This document shows positions 47,178 to 58,466 of a DNA stretch of 64,000 nt, in pieces (within the stretch, counting starts at the first letter, position 1; the number at the start of each line of letters is the position of its first letter). The DNA comes from a virus, in IMG/VR virus record IMGVR_UViG_3300045999_007505; one strand, 5' to 3'. A program made the translations under genes and the position numbers. The notes under the pieces were generated by a model. It saw only the letters and a program-made list of their open reading frames with translations, had not been told where the DNA came from and did not search any database.

Positions 47178-50100
47178 TTAATTTGTATTGCTACTTTTTC
47201 CCGTAGACTTTTTACCTGGATTTTTTTTGTTTGTTATGACTAAATTACCTTCTTGTCCTAGTTGTTGATATACCAATTGATTTGGATTTGATAAACTCCA
47301 TTGTACAACCGGACCACCGTCTACCGATTCGGTTGATGGGGCATTAAATCCTGGACCAGTAATTTTACATCCAGCATATCGATGATTTTCAATTCCACGT
47401 GGCAAGTAGTCTTGTACTTGTGCAAAACTACCGGTAAATACTAAAGGAGACGTAATTGCATAACTGCCAGTACCATACGATCCAGTACCATAATATGCTA
47501 TAGGTCCGGAACTTGTTATAGCTGATACTGTACCAGATATGAATCTATATTCTGATGTTACGCTCGATGTAATTGCTGGAAACGAAACTTCACTACGCCA
47601 ATATGGAGTAGAACTAGTATAATATGTGCTACCAGAATATGTTAAATATTGATAACTATATGTCGTACCATTATATTTTTGAGCAATTGATGCCGTTAAA
47701 TATCCTTGTAGTTGATCATCATCAGTTCCAGATAATGTCATTATTTTACCATCAATCGATCCCGTATATTGAACATAATATGCAGACGCGGTTGGCAACG
47801 TACTAACCAATTGTGCATTATATGTATCATTTGTTTTTTGTAGGATTGGTAATATCGTATCTTTATTTCGTTCTAATATATTCGGTTGTACTAAAACACC
47901 TGTAATTTTTTCGACACGTGCCGGTAGTAATTGTTCTAATTGTTTAAAGAATGATAAATCAAACAACGTAAACATTGAAATATACGAATTAAAATCATTT
48001 TTATCAGTGTATTTTTTCCAATATTTTTGAGACTCAACAATTAATTCAGGATATCCATATGGATTTGTATTACCTGGATCTCCGATATAATCATCTAAAT
48101 TAGTAAATCCTAATTGTGCAATGATATCTTCATCAATCATTGTTTGTGGAGAAAAGTATACTCCTATTTTTTTACTGTCTAATGGAGCTTTATCAAATTG
48201 ACTTCGTTCTGCTCTACTTGTAGGACTCAAAGTTCCAACTAAATCATTATTTTCTAATCGTATTTTGTTATCATCAAATGTACTGCCACCTAATGAAATT
48301 GCGTCATAATAATATGTTTCTTCAATTGAATCATACGGCGTTGCTAATGACCAACCAGAAAACGATGCAGATATGTTTGACGGCTTTGGTTCAACCCCAG
48401 TTAAACTACCCGTTAAATTATGATTTATATTTTGTGTTAATGGCAATCTAAAAACTAATTCTGCATATGAATCAATATTTCCATTGTATGCAGCAGGAGC
48501 TTTAACATGATTATTAAATGCTTCATCATTTAAACTAGATGACCACAATCTAAGTTCTTGTAATTGTCCAACTAATCTATTAGCACCGGTCGATGTCCCA
48601 CCTAATGTTAATGTGCCAGATCCTGCAAATGAAGCTGTTGCTGATGCAGACGCTGCAGCTACAATCGATCCATATTTAGATTTCTTAGTTACAATATCTA
48701 AATTAGTTCCATTAGTTCGTAAAACTAAATTAAGCCAATTGCCATCAAACAATTCAATTTGATTTGAACTAGTTCCATTTATTTGTACAACCCCTTTATT
48801 TCCACTAGTAAAATTTAAAGTTACTGTATTTGAACCTATTGTAAATAAATTCATAGTACTAGGTATCGTAGGATATTTTACAACATCAGCCGTTTTAAAT
48901 CTAAGTTCTACAGCATTTATTGATTGCGAATAATTAACTGTTACAGTACCTGCAGAACTACCACTTAAATCTAATGCATAATCAAAATTTAATTTTTCAT
49001 ATATTGGAGCTCGTTCTAAACGAGGACCGCCATATTCATTAATACTAATTAAAGATTGCGGAATACCATAACAAGATAACAATGCTTGAATACTTCGTTT
49101 AGTACCTTTAGATTTTAATAACAATGGCAAGTTATTGATAATTCTACGCCATACTGTATATGTTATATCCATTGCTGGAACAGAAGGGTCGCCAACTGTA
49201 TTTGATCCAGTCAATGGTGCACCAGCTTCTGATGTTCCTAATACATATTGCCAAAGATTTTTGTCCTGATTTCCATTAGTTAAATTCCAACCAAATTGTT
49301 TTGCTACTGAATATAATAATTCATTTGGCATACCAAGTTTTGGATTTTCCTCTCGTTTATTAATACGAGACATATGATTGATATATGTATACAATATATC
49401 ATAATGATGTCCTAACATATTAACAAATGTAATCATATCAATGTTATTATCATCAATTCTTTGATATGATGGAATATTTCGATATAATGAATTTATATTA
49501 AATGTATCGTATATATTTGCATATTCATATGATGAACTATACCATGCAATAAATTGCGAACTAGTTGTCGGTGCATTAATATATGGATATGTTGAGTTTA
49601 ATTTAGGCACTGGAGTTATGTAACTACCAGTTAATCTAGCAACTATTGGCGCTTCTAACGGATTTGTAAATGTTGTTAATATTGATGACGATTGATTATA
49701 CAAATATTGTTCAAATCCATCAAATCCTCCAATTAAACTAGTTATTTGAGTTTGATATGAAGCAGCATCTGTTTGTGCAGCGGTACCATTAGTTAAAGCT
49801 AATGATGCACTTTGTTGAGCATAATATTCTAGTAATTCTAATTTGTATTTAAAATTATCTAATCTATCAGTTGCTGTACTATAAAAAACAAAGTTATTAA
49901 AATCTGAATAATCAATATTCAGTTTCATTCCTGACAAACTTCCGGAGAAATATGCATCAATAATTTGTTGAGATGTTGATAATGAAGATCCTAATAAATC
50001 GGTCCATGTTTTAAAACCAGTTTCTGCAGATGTATTATATGAATAATTTGCTTGCCAATTTGGTCCTGATAAAACGTTTGTTGTAGGAAGTGCAATAGCT

Positions 50101-50804
50101 GGATTAATAACAACGTTGTCTATATATGGTTGTTTTTGTTCTTCAACAATCCAACATTTAAATCCTTCCTGAATATCTTCGGGCAATGGTTCATATAATT
50201 TAATATATAATACGCCTTTAGCTTCTACTGCATTAATAATAGTAGCAGTATTATTTCTGCTAAAATTTAATAACAATGTTTTATAAACAGGCCCGGTACG
50301 TAAACTAGTTAAATTTACAGTTTGTATAAAATTAGTTATTTGTTGTAAATATCTAGAACTAGTTGGATCTGTTGGTCGCAGTGCAATCTCTGTTCGATCT
50401 GGAGAAATTTCTTGAATTTTTAAATACTGTAAATCGTAATTTCCAATTAAATTTTTAAAAAAGTTAACTACAAATCTAAACTGACCGGCTGATATTTTTA
50501 ATTGATTTTGTAATTGTGCATATAAATCAATAGCTAACGGTTGAGTAGTAAATGATATAATATTATTACCATCATAATATTGCGGAATACTTCCTACGGC
50601 AGGAACATTGTGATTTGCTGTAATCCATGTTTGATCTAAATATACATGTAATTCGACCCGATCGGTATCATCTCGTTGTATGATATCGGTATTAAACGTT
50701 ACATTTGTTCGAAAATCAGAAACATCAGATGCAGTATATCGTTCAGCCGATAAAGATTGAGATGCAATTAATATTTGTTCGATATTTTTATACTGCGTTA
50801 ACAT
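47178..50804 (-). CDS. Large baseplate wedge protein (gp7/P2 gpI-like segment plus LamG domain)
   Basis: LLKSKGTKRSIQALLSCYGI; GQLQELRLWS; LEQLLPAR. Confidence 0.65.
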   Translation of the reverse strand: MLTQYKNIEQILIASQSLSAERYTASDVSDFRTNVTFNTDIIQRDDTDRVELHVYLDQTWITANHNVPAVGSIPQYYDGNNIISFTTQPLAIDLYAQLQNQLKISAGQFRFVVNFFKNLIGNYDLQYLKIQEISPDRTEIALRPTDPTSSRYLQQITNFIQTVNLTSLRTGPVYKTLLLNFSRNNTATIINAVEAKGVLYIKLYEPLPEDIQEGFKCWIVEEQKQPYIDNVVINPAIALPTTNVLSGPNWQANYSYNTSAETGFKTWTDLLGSSLSTSQQIIDAYFSGSLSGMKLNIDYSDFNNFVFYSTATDRLDNFKYKLELLEYYAQQSASLALTNGTAAQTDAASYQTQITSLIGGFDGFEQYLYNQSSSILTTFTNPLEAPIVARLTGSYITPVPKLNSTYPYINAPTTSSQFIAWYSSSYEYANIYDTFNINSLYRNIPSYQRIDDNNIDMITFVNMLGHHYDILYTYINHMSRINKREENPKLGMPNELLYSVAKQFGWNLTNGNQDKNLWQYVLGTSEAGAPLTGSNTVGDPSVPAMDITYTVWRRIINNLPLLLKSKGTKRSIQALLSCYGIPQSLISINEYGGPRLERAPIYEKLNFDYALDLSGSSAGTVTVNYSQSINAVELRFKTADVVKYPTIPSTMNLFTIGSNTVTLNFTSGNKGVVQINGTSSNQIELFDGNWLNLVLRTNGTNLDIVTKKSKYGSIVAAASASATASFAGSGTLTLGGTSTGANRLVGQLQELRLWSSSLNDEAFNNHVKAPAAYNGNIDSYAELVFRLPLTQNINHNLTGSLTGVEPKPSNISASFSGWSLATPYDSIEETYYYDAISLGGSTFDDNKIRLENNDLVGTLSPTSRAERSQFDKAPLDSKKIGVYFSPQTMIDEDIIAQLGFTNLDDYIGDPGNTNPYGYPELIVESQKYWKKYTDKNDFNSYISMFTLFDLSFFKQLEQLLPARVEKITGVLVQPNILERNKDTILPILQKTNDTYNAQLVSTLPTASAYYVQYTGSIDGKIMTLSGTDDDQLQGYLTASIAQKYNGTTYSYQYLTYSGSTYYTSSTPYWRSEVSFPAITSSVTSEYRFISGTVSAITSSGPIAYYGTGSYGTGSYAITSPLVFTGSFAQVQDYLPRGIENHRYAGCKITGPGFNAPSTESVDGGPVVQWSLSNPNQLVYQQLGQEGNLVITNKKNPGKKSTGKSSNTN

Positions 50805-50812
50805 ATTTTATA

Positions 50813-52030
50813 TTATCCTGCGTTTGACCCACTTACTAATAAATTATTCCAATCATCGACAACTTTATCTGCATTTGTTATGGACCAATACGATGTATCA
50901 GCATTTATCGTATGAAATCTAAATTCTTCATTTAGATTACAAATTGCAGTTATACCAAAAACATCGCCTTGCGTAAATGACGAATTTGGAATAGTAACAT
51001 CAATATATAAATCTTGAACGCCATATTGTCCTATACGTCCAGGCGTAGCTTGTTGTACTTGATCTAAATAATTATCTAATTGTGTTGATAACGTAGATCT
51101 TAAATTAGGTCGTAATATATCAAGTTGTATATTAGTACTAATTAAATTAGATCTGCTTGCTGGTTCAAGTCCATTTAACGGATTATCTTGTAAAACATTT
51201 TTTAAACTATTAATAAATGTTGATGACAATATTATTGAATTTACGGGCGCCGAACTATTAGAAATTGATATAAATGTTGCCTTAACTTCTGCATCGGATG
51301 CGTTTGTTTGTCCCAACGTGCAATATTCGTTTGCATTTATTATGATATCGTTTATTAATTGTACAAATGCGTCTTGTTGCTGCGTATTTTCAAAATTTGA
51401 ATTATAAAATGGCCCTAAAAACGTTCGATTTAATCCATCTTGTGTTGTAGTTTTTGCAATATAAAAAAACGCAGTTCCGATGTCAGCAGAATTTGGCGTA
51501 TCAAAACGATGTTGCAATTTAATTCTAAATCTAAGATTTGCACCGGAACGTTTTATCTCTTTAGTAATAAAATACCTGTTTATTTTCTGAGTAGGGTTTC
51601 CATCAACTAACTCATCCATTAATATACCAGAAGGTATTCCGATTTGTATTTTTCTAGATTCCGTTGGTTTATATCTTGCATAAACAGGATCAATTAAAAT
51701 ATCATCTAAATTTATCGGAGCTGGTTCAAAACTACCAGTAGCAAAAACGATTGCAGGGAAACTAAAATATTGAAATCTAGTTTGTACGGTATTTAAAAAA
51801 CTTTGTTTATTGATCTGTCTAGCAGTTGGCTCAATAATAAGTAAAGGATTATCAATACTATTTTCAGTTATAATAATATTTCCTGCAGAATCTCTAGGTA
51901 TAATTGCAGTATTATTTGAAACTGCAGTTAGGCCATTTTGTAAATAAAATGATGCAGGTGAGGCAACTACGAATTCTTCAGAATTTGGATCTTTACCTGG
52001 GCTACCTGCTAAATCTTGTTGTTTTGCCAT
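50813..52030 (-). CDS. Hypothetical baseplate-region protein
   Basis: 405-aa ORF translationally coupled within the baseplate operon. Confidence 0.6.
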   Translation of the reverse strand: MAKQQDLAGSPGKDPNSEEFVVASPASFYLQNGLTAVSNNTAIIPRDSAGNIIITENSIDNPLLIIEPTARQINKQSFLNTVQTRFQYFSFPAIVFATGSFEPAPINLDDILIDPVYARYKPTESRKIQIGIPSGILMDELVDGNPTQKINRYFITKEIKRSGANLRFRIKLQHRFDTPNSADIGTAFFYIAKTTTQDGLNRTFLGPFYNSNFENTQQQDAFVQLINDIIINANEYCTLGQTNASDAEVKATFISISNSSAPVNSIILSSTFINSLKNVLQDNPLNGLEPASRSNLISTNIQLDILRPNLRSTLSTQLDNYLDQVQQATPGRIGQYGVQDLYIDVTIPNSSFTQGDVFGITAICNLNEEFRFHTINADTSYWSITNADKVVDDWNNLLVSGSNAG

Positions 52031-53226
52031 TATCTAACTACTTTAAAATAAATTTGGTCATCGATATACTGCTGTGTAAATCCATCTGTTATCATGAATT
52101 CTAAACGATAATATCGTTCTGGCATAAAACCATTCATATCCATGTAAATGTAATTACTAGTATTATCGCAACTTACTTTATTATAAATATTATCAAACGG
52201 AATTATGTATTCGTCCGTTGCAGCATCTAATACTGCATAATATGTAGTAGTTGGTAATTTTTGTACGGTTTGTGTAGGAAATAAATTTGTTGGAGATTTT
52301 ATAGGATACTTATCTCGCGCATAAATTCTAAGCTTAATTATTTCGGTATCTTTATATTCTGGTTTTAATTTTGAATATATTAAAAATGATTCTAAATCAA
52401 CATCATCTAATGTAGAAGCATATTCCGAATTATCGAAATACATGATCAATCTAGGAACATATACGGTATGCGTATCCCTACTAAAAAATCGAATATAACC
52501 GCTTACGCCGGCAACGGCCTCATCTGAATCAGAAAATTTTAATATGAATCCATTATTTTCTATAGTATGTCCGCCACTTCCGCTAATCCATAAATCGATT
52601 GCATCAGTTACATCCATATAGATGTCAGTTGGACGATAAGAAAAAGATTCATTTTCTTCTAAACCAGGTTGATGAAAAAATACTTGATTAAAACTAGATG
52701 TATTAAAAAATCCACTACCCGATTGCCACAACCAACTTCCGCCATACCCAGAACCAGATACATATAATGATGAATTGTTTACTTGAATTTGTTGAGAACT
52801 AGAAATCCACAAACTTCCAGATGTATTATCTAATGACCATGAAGCATACGGCGTTGCCCATTGTGCGCCATCTTTAATAATTGGCGATGCACCTAAATAA
52901 CCTGTACCATTTATCCACGGCTGTCCTACAATTTTTGCATCAATTGTATATTCACTTGGCAAATTTTTTGCATGAGTTGTAAATAACTGTAAAATAAATT
53001 TGCATGAACTTAACGGCACCGAATATGTTGATAATACTTGTTGAATCTCACTCATATCAAATTTAATCAATGATCTAGATTTTAACAAAGTACTGCCATC
53101 TGTACTTAAACGTTTACCAATTTCTAATACTTCATCTAGTCCAGTATTCGTAAGACTAGTAGCGCTACTAGTAGTAGCTCCTTCATATAATGTAGCATCA
53201 GATTGTGCATAAAATATTCTAAACAT
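52030..53226 (-). CDS. Baseplate-region structural protein
   Basis: DATLYE...NTGLDEVLEI...RSLIKFD...NNGFILK...FFSRDTHTVYVPRL; C-terminal Ig-like PERYY. Confidence 0.65.
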   Translation of the reverse strand: MFRIFYAQSDATLYEGATTSSATSLTNTGLDEVLEIGKRLSTDGSTLLKSRSLIKFDMSEIQQVLSTYSVPLSSCKFILQLFTTHAKNLPSEYTIDAKIVGQPWINGTGYLGASPIIKDGAQWATPYASWSLDNTSGSLWISSSQQIQVNNSSLYVSGSGYGGSWLWQSGSGFFNTSSFNQVFFHQPGLEENESFSYRPTDIYMDVTDAIDLWISGSGGHTIENNGFILKFSDSDEAVAGVSGYIRFFSRDTHTVYVPRLIMYFDNSEYASTLDDVDLESFLIYSKLKPEYKDTEIIKLRIYARDKYPIKSPTNLFPTQTVQKLPTTTYYAVLDAATDEYIIPFDNIYNKVSCDNTSNYIYMDMNGFMPERYYRLEFMITDGFTQQYIDDQIYFKVVR

Positions 53227-53233
53227 AATTACC

Positions 53234-53695
53234 TTAACTTCCAGAGCCTGTACTAATCATTAAATAACTGCCACTTCTCCATAATTGATTTACAACTCCT
53301 GGATTTGTAGTAGGTAACGATGCTGTATACATAAATACGGTTCCTTGTGTAATAAATGTGCTAGAAACATTTACATAATTAAATGAACCGGTTGTCGTTT
53401 GTGCTATAGATCCAGTTAAATATGATGAAGTTGTTGCATATGATGCAGATTCTGCATTACGGACATATGATGCCGTAACAGCATATGAAGAACTAACAGC
53501 ATTCAATACATATGACGCAGTAGTAGCAGTTCCAGTTAATGTACCAATAATACTTCCTGTTATGTTTAATGATCCGGATATAGAAACCGATTCAGTTACA
53601 TTACCAGTAAATACATCGTATAAATCTTTAACAAAACTAGCAGAAATTAATCCACCAGCAACAATTTGCGAACGATTTGTATTCAATACGCCCAT
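53234..53695 (-). CDS. Small fibre-like structural protein
   Basis: ISGSLNITGS, ASYV/SSYA repeats, LPTTNPGVVNQLW. Confidence 0.65.
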   Translation of the reverse strand: MGVLNTNRSQIVAGGLISASFVKDLYDVFTGNVTESVSISGSLNITGSIIGTLTGTATTASYVLNAVSSSYAVTASYVRNAESASYATTSSYLTGSIAQTTTGSFNYVNVSSTFITQGTVFMYTASLPTTNPGVVNQLWRSGSYLMISTGSGS

Positions 53696-53727
53696 TATGA
53701 TCCTTTTTACATATAAATATCAAAGGA

Positions 53728-55611
53728 TTAATAATTTACAACTCTACCTCGAATATCTTGATTAGGAAATTTAATTTCAAAAATACTAGGATCCAATGAT
53801 GGATATATTACACCATTTTTTGTAGCAGTATCAATATCATAAATATTTCCAGAATAATTTAATGTAGTATCAAATAAATTTGTAATTTGTATGTTAATAA
53901 CATTTTGAACGCCTTGAACGTTTGCTAAAACATTCATGATGTCTGATTTAACAATTGGTTGATTAATTTGCCAAACATCCGGATCAAAATATGTTTTTAA
54001 TGTTTCTATACATTTTAACAATACTTCATTGCTGTTATAATTAGATAAAACTGAAATTTCAAAATCAACGCCAATATTAATAATAAAAGCATCTTTGATA
54101 TTTATAGCATCTGTTAAAATTCTATAATAATTTAAATATGTTTTTAAATTTTCTTTGATTGCTTGATTTAATTGTGTTAGTTGTTTAGATGAATTATAAC
54201 CTAAAACATACATATTCAATGCTAAAGGATTTGGAACTCGTCTATCAATTAACTCTTGTTGAACAATTTGATCGTCTGGTACAATATATGTTTTTGATAC
54301 ACTACCAAATTTTGGTGGCATCGAATATGCACGTATTATGTAGTCTTCTCTAGTTACAGAACGATTTTGTGTTGCAAAATTAGCTAATGCGTGATTTTTA
54401 ATGTCTTGTATTGTTTCTACATTTTTTGCACCAACTGCAGGCGTTTCATTATTTACCGATACAGAATTTTTTGCAAAGTTAACCATACTTGCATTATTAG
54501 TAGAATTTATATCTTGTACATATTCAATTGATTTAATGTTAGTTAATGTATTTGCAGCAACATTTTCATCAATTCCTGTGCTAGTAGTATATGTTACTGT
54601 TAATGTTGTATTTGCTGGTGCTTGTCCGTATGTTCTAGTATATAAAAAATTAGATGGGTCAATGTCAACATCAATTGCACGACGAAATCCAGCTAATCCA
54701 TTTCCAACATTATCTGGATTAGGAACAATTTCTTCATCATTATTACTAGAAATACCAGCACCAAATTGTAATTCCATTTTATTATCGCTACGCAATCTTG
54801 TTATAAATCGTTTTGCAGCTCTTCGAAGTTTTAATAAACTAGGCGCAGCATCTCGATATGCGTATAATGTAGGATCATTTTCTGCAATATTAGGTACAGA
54901 TTCAAAAATTGTATCTTGAGCTAAATATGGTACTTCATACCAAGCATCGCCATCTGATTCTACAACCGATACTATTTCGACTACATTTGTATCAGGCAAT
55001 ACAATCTTATCATATGGAATTGGAGTAGTAAATGTATATGTTGCAGTAACAACATTTCCCGATACTGCTCTTACTTGTTTTTTTAACAAATAATATATTG
55101 GATCATTTGTAACTGTATTTGTTTGAAACACGGTTACTGTGGTTGGATTATTACTAGAAGAAAATGCAAAATCAACAGACTCCAATGTTCGAAATTCAAC
55201 GTTACCTGTTTGTTGTTTTACTTGCATGCCCGGTTTAATTGATAATGCATAATTAAAATCAGGTCTAGTATTTGATCCAGAGCTTATAGCAGGCACTAAT
55301 TGAAATACATCTAAATCAACATATGCTGGTATTGCATTTTTTGGTTTATATCCTAACGCTCTTGCTAAATCATATACATTTGCTCGTTCGGTAGCTTGTT
55401 CTAGTAACGATTCTTTTAAATTAGTATCAGCATAGTATGACAAAACATCGCCAACATATGCAGATAATTCCAAGAACAACATACCAGGAGATGATTCATT
55501 AAAATCAGTATAGGTTTGTGGAAAGTATTGTTTTGTGAAATCAATTAGATTTTTTCTAAATTGACCAAAATCTTTTCCTAAATATGATACATCTCGTTTT
55601 TTTAGTTCCAT
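53728..55611 (-). CDS. gp6: Baseplate wedge protein (gp6 / baseplate J-like)
   Basis: YLGKDF...YFPQTYTDFNESSPGM...YVGDVLSYY.D; QFGAG; QNRSVTREDY. Confidence 0.9.
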   Translation of the reverse strand: MELKKRDVSYLGKDFGQFRKNLIDFTKQYFPQTYTDFNESSPGMLFLELSAYVGDVLSYYADTNLKESLLEQATERANVYDLARALGYKPKNAIPAYVDLDVFQLVPAISSGSNTRPDFNYALSIKPGMQVKQQTGNVEFRTLESVDFAFSSSNNPTTVTVFQTNTVTNDPIYYLLKKQVRAVSGNVVTATYTFTTPIPYDKIVLPDTNVVEIVSVVESDGDAWYEVPYLAQDTIFESVPNIAENDPTLYAYRDAAPSLLKLRRAAKRFITRLRSDNKMELQFGAGISSNNDEEIVPNPDNVGNGLAGFRRAIDVDIDPSNFLYTRTYGQAPANTTLTVTYTTSTGIDENVAANTLTNIKSIEYVQDINSTNNASMVNFAKNSVSVNNETPAVGAKNVETIQDIKNHALANFATQNRSVTREDYIIRAYSMPPKFGSVSKTYIVPDDQIVQQELIDRRVPNPLALNMYVLGYNSSKQLTQLNQAIKENLKTYLNYYRILTDAINIKDAFIINIGVDFEISVLSNYNSNEVLLKCIETLKTYFDPDVWQINQPIVKSDIMNVLANVQGVQNVINIQITNLFDTTLNYSGNIYDIDTATKNGVIYPSLDPSIFEIKFPNQDIRGRVVNY

Positions 55612-55612
55612 G

Positions 55613-56056
55613 TTAATCTATCCGTAATATTCCATTTTCAGCTGCAAATATTACTATAGTATTAGTTTCAATCGATCCAAAGACTGAAAACTCTATAGTA
55701 ATTTTTACGGTATGTTCTGGTATAATTTCACTTGAATTTATGTTTATGTCCAACGTTTCAATTGTTAAATACGGTAACCAATATGAAACTGCAGTTCGTA
55801 TTATATCATTTATGTCATTAATTAAATAATCAGTCATTGGTTGAAATAATACATTTAATAAATTACAACCAAATTCTGGATGATATAATCGTTCGCCTTT
55901 TCTTGTTAACAATAAATTACGAAAATTATCTCGGGCTTGTTGCGTACTAGTATAATTCGTTGTAAAAATACCAACTCCATTAAACGTGGCCTTAATACCT
56001 AATGGTATAGGATTTGCTGATGGTACATCAATATTGGTATCTATTACATACGCCAT
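55613..56056 (-). CDS. gp25: Baseplate wedge / sheath initiator (gp25-like)
   Basis: NLLLTRKGERLYHPEFGCNL...WLPY. Confidence 0.92.
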   Translation of the reverse strand: MAYVIDTNIDVPSANPIPLGIKATFNGVGIFTTNYTSTQQARDNFRNLLLTRKGERLYHPEFGCNLLNVLFQPMTDYLINDINDIIRTAVSYWLPYLTIETLDININSSEIIPEHTVKITIEFSVFGSIETNTIVIFAAENGILRID

Positions 56057-56589
56057 TATCTACCTTTCTTATTGTTAATTGCTTTCATTAAAGCCGAATA
56101 ATCTCGAGTCATTGCTTGTTGTACTTCTTCCGGAACTTCAAACGTTTTGCCCGTTTCTGGATCTTCCATAATCTTAGGAGCAGCGGGAGCTATTCCCATT
56201 GCTTCTTTCATATTTTGTCGCATTGCTCCAAAATTAGCTGCATCGCGCGATGTCATTCTAATTTCTTCCATTCCTTCATTCATAATATCTTTAAAACTGT
56301 TCATAGCCATGGGTTGTTGTTCTACCAAAGCATCAGTTTCATTTAAAATATCTGCCCATTTATTTTCTGTAAAAAGTACTTTTGGTTTTTTTCCCGATTC
56401 ACTAACCATTCTAGGTTCAACTCGTATTACTTTATCTGAATCTGTTTTAACAGATTTTGCTATACTTTTAAGATCTGCCATTTCTACAATTGTAGATTGT
56501 AATCCTTCTCGAAGAATTTCAGTTAATTCCTCCTTTATAACTTCACGTACGGCAACTTTAAGTGCTTTTACTAATGTTTTTGAATCCAT
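56056..56589 (-). CDS. Hypothetical protein
   Basis: AVREVIKEEL...ILNET...AMTRDYSALMKA; ATATTTAT motif upstream. Confidence 0.7.
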   Translation of the reverse strand: MDSKTLVKALKVAVREVIKEELTEILREGLQSTIVEMADLKSIAKSVKTDSDKVIRVEPRMVSESGKKPKVLFTENKWADILNETDALVEQQPMAMNSFKDIMNEGMEEIRMTSRDAANFGAMRQNMKEAMGIAPAAPKIMEDPETGKTFEVPEEVQQAMTRDYSALMKAINNKKGR

Positions 56590-56616
56590 ATGAATACTTT
56601 TATATAAATATTAGGT

Positions 56617-57429
56617 TTAATAATTTATACCACGTGGCCATTCTGTTCTTATGACTTTTGGACCATAAATAATTCGATTAACAGTATCAATAAAATAATC
56701 TCCTGGTTTTCCTAAGTCTGATTGCGGTGCAGCTTTGCCTTCATAAACTTTGCTAGGAGCTTCTTGTAATGATGCTAATAAATCTTGTTGTTGTTCTACT
56801 AAATTTTGAATAGTGTCATTGCGTTCTATTAAATCAGAATCAGATACATTAGCCGTATTATAAAATTCAGTTTCAGTATCTTGTAAATTAGTTGGCGTTA
56901 ATTCATTTGGCAATTCGTATTGTGTTTGTTCTGTATCGCAAACTGTAGATAATGTATCTAATGAATTATTTAATGGTAAACTAATACCAACCAATGCTCC
57001 TTTTAAAATTTCTGGAATTTGTGCCAATTGATTAATTGCCTGTACAGAATTTGCAATTGTCATGTTTTGTACTGCTAATAATTCTGCTGCAATTATTGCA
57101 GGTGCAGTAGCTGGATTAAGTAATTGTGCAGCTTTAATTGCCTGCGCCGTAGTTACTGCTGCTTGTAATCCTGAGACAACTGGTTGAATTTTGCTTGGTA
57201 ACTGTTGCAACTTAGTTATTGAATCTAATACGTTTGCTAAATCTTCTTTTGCTTGTTTTGTTTTAGGATCATCGCAACCAGTTGTTTCTGAAATTTTGTT
57301 TGTTGATTCTAATAAATTATTAATATCGGATACTAATTTAGAAACTTGAGTATTAACTTGATTCATTAATAAACTAACACCTTTTGCTGGCAATGCTGGT
57401 ATTTTGTCTAATGGCGGTGTAACTGGCAT
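56617..57429 (-). CDS. Hypothetical helical baseplate-region protein
   Basis: Helical body; C-terminal G..AP.SDLGKPGDYFID...YGPK motif common in fibre proteins. Confidence 0.6.
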   Translation of the reverse strand: MPVTPPLDKIPALPAKGVSLLMNQVNTQVSKLVSDINNLLESTNKISETTGCDDPKTKQAKEDLANVLDSITKLQQLPSKIQPVVSGLQAAVTTAQAIKAAQLLNPATAPAIIAAELLAVQNMTIANSVQAINQLAQIPEILKGALVGISLPLNNSLDTLSTVCDTEQTQYELPNELTPTNLQDTETEFYNTANVSDSDLIERNDTIQNLVEQQQDLLASLQEAPSKVYEGKAAPQSDLGKPGDYFIDTVNRIIYGPKVIRTEWPRGINY

Positions 57430-57431
57430 AC

Positions 57432-58466
57432 TTATCCTTTACGTATAAAATAATTTGTACTTAATAGTGAATTTAATTTTGTTCTAGCAGATGCAATTCC
57501 GGCCGTATTAATAAATTGACTAGTAATGCCAGCTGTGCCTACGGTACCCGAACTCAATGTCGATAAGATATCGTTTAATATCTCATACAGAACTTTTCCG
57601 TGCGGTATTGGTTCGCCGGCAGCATCGTTACCCATATAAATTTTAGGTGCATTTAACACAATCGCTTTAGGCGAATCGATAACTGCAATGTCTGTTTTTG
57701 CAGTTAAAATAATTCTATCTGCAGATCCTAATAATTGAGACTTATCAAAATTTGATTCAGATTTAAATTTAGTTAATGGCTGTTTTTTAGAATTTATACC
57801 TAAATAAAAATTAGGAAGTTTTTGTGTAGTTGTTAAATATATCGATGCTGGATCTTGTTTTATATCTTCAACTACAAATTGTTTATTGTTTTTATTTTTT
57901 TGTCCGTTAGAAATAATTGTAATCGGATCACCTACATTATCGCCAATCCAAGTTGAATTTAGTAATCCTGGTTGTGATGTTACGGTACTGCCTATACGTA
58001 TTGAATTGCCAAATCGCCCTTCAATAATTAAATCACCCTCATAAGGTTGCAATGGCGATATAGACATCGGTTTAAAAACATTACCTGGTTTAATTTCGCG
58101 CGCTTGTTCTTCGGATATTGTCGAGCCATAAGATATTCCAGGAACTAAATTTGCATTTACTGAAGATTGAATCGAATATGGATTCAAATAATACCATTCG
58201 ATGTTAGTGCCATCCAATGTAGTTTCTTGACTATATGCTCGAAAAATTAAAACATGTTCTCCAATTAACGGAATTTGTTTAAAATTCATATTAAATGGTC
58301 TACATGTATAAACATCAAATTGTTTGGTAAATCTATTAATAACTCGAACTTGAATCGTAAACAATTTGTTTGTAGTCGACACAGAACCAGATGCAATATA
58401 TTTTAATGTATTGTCATACCCCGTTACAACTTCGCCAACCAAAAACAGAATGCTATCTTCATTCAT
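57432..58466 (-). CDS. Baseplate central spike/hub (gp5/gpV-like OB fold)
   Basis: QIPLIGEHV...WYYL; PYEGDLIIEGRFGNSIRIGST; ADRIILTAK; MGNDAAGEPIPHG. Confidence 0.65.
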   Translation of the reverse strand: MNEDSILFLVGEVVTGYDNTLKYIASGSVSTTNKLFTIQVRVINRFTKQFDVYTCRPFNMNFKQIPLIGEHVLIFRAYSQETTLDGTNIEWYYLNPYSIQSSVNANLVPGISYGSTISEEQAREIKPGNVFKPMSISPLQPYEGDLIIEGRFGNSIRIGSTVTSQPGLLNSTWIGDNVGDPITIISNGQKNKNNKQFVVEDIKQDPASIYLTTTQKLPNFYLGINSKKQPLTKFKSESNFDKSQLLGSADRIILTAKTDIAVIDSPKAIVLNAPKIYMGNDAAGEPIPHGKVLYEILNDILSTLSSGTVGTAGITSQFINTAGIASARTKLNSLLSTNYFIRKG

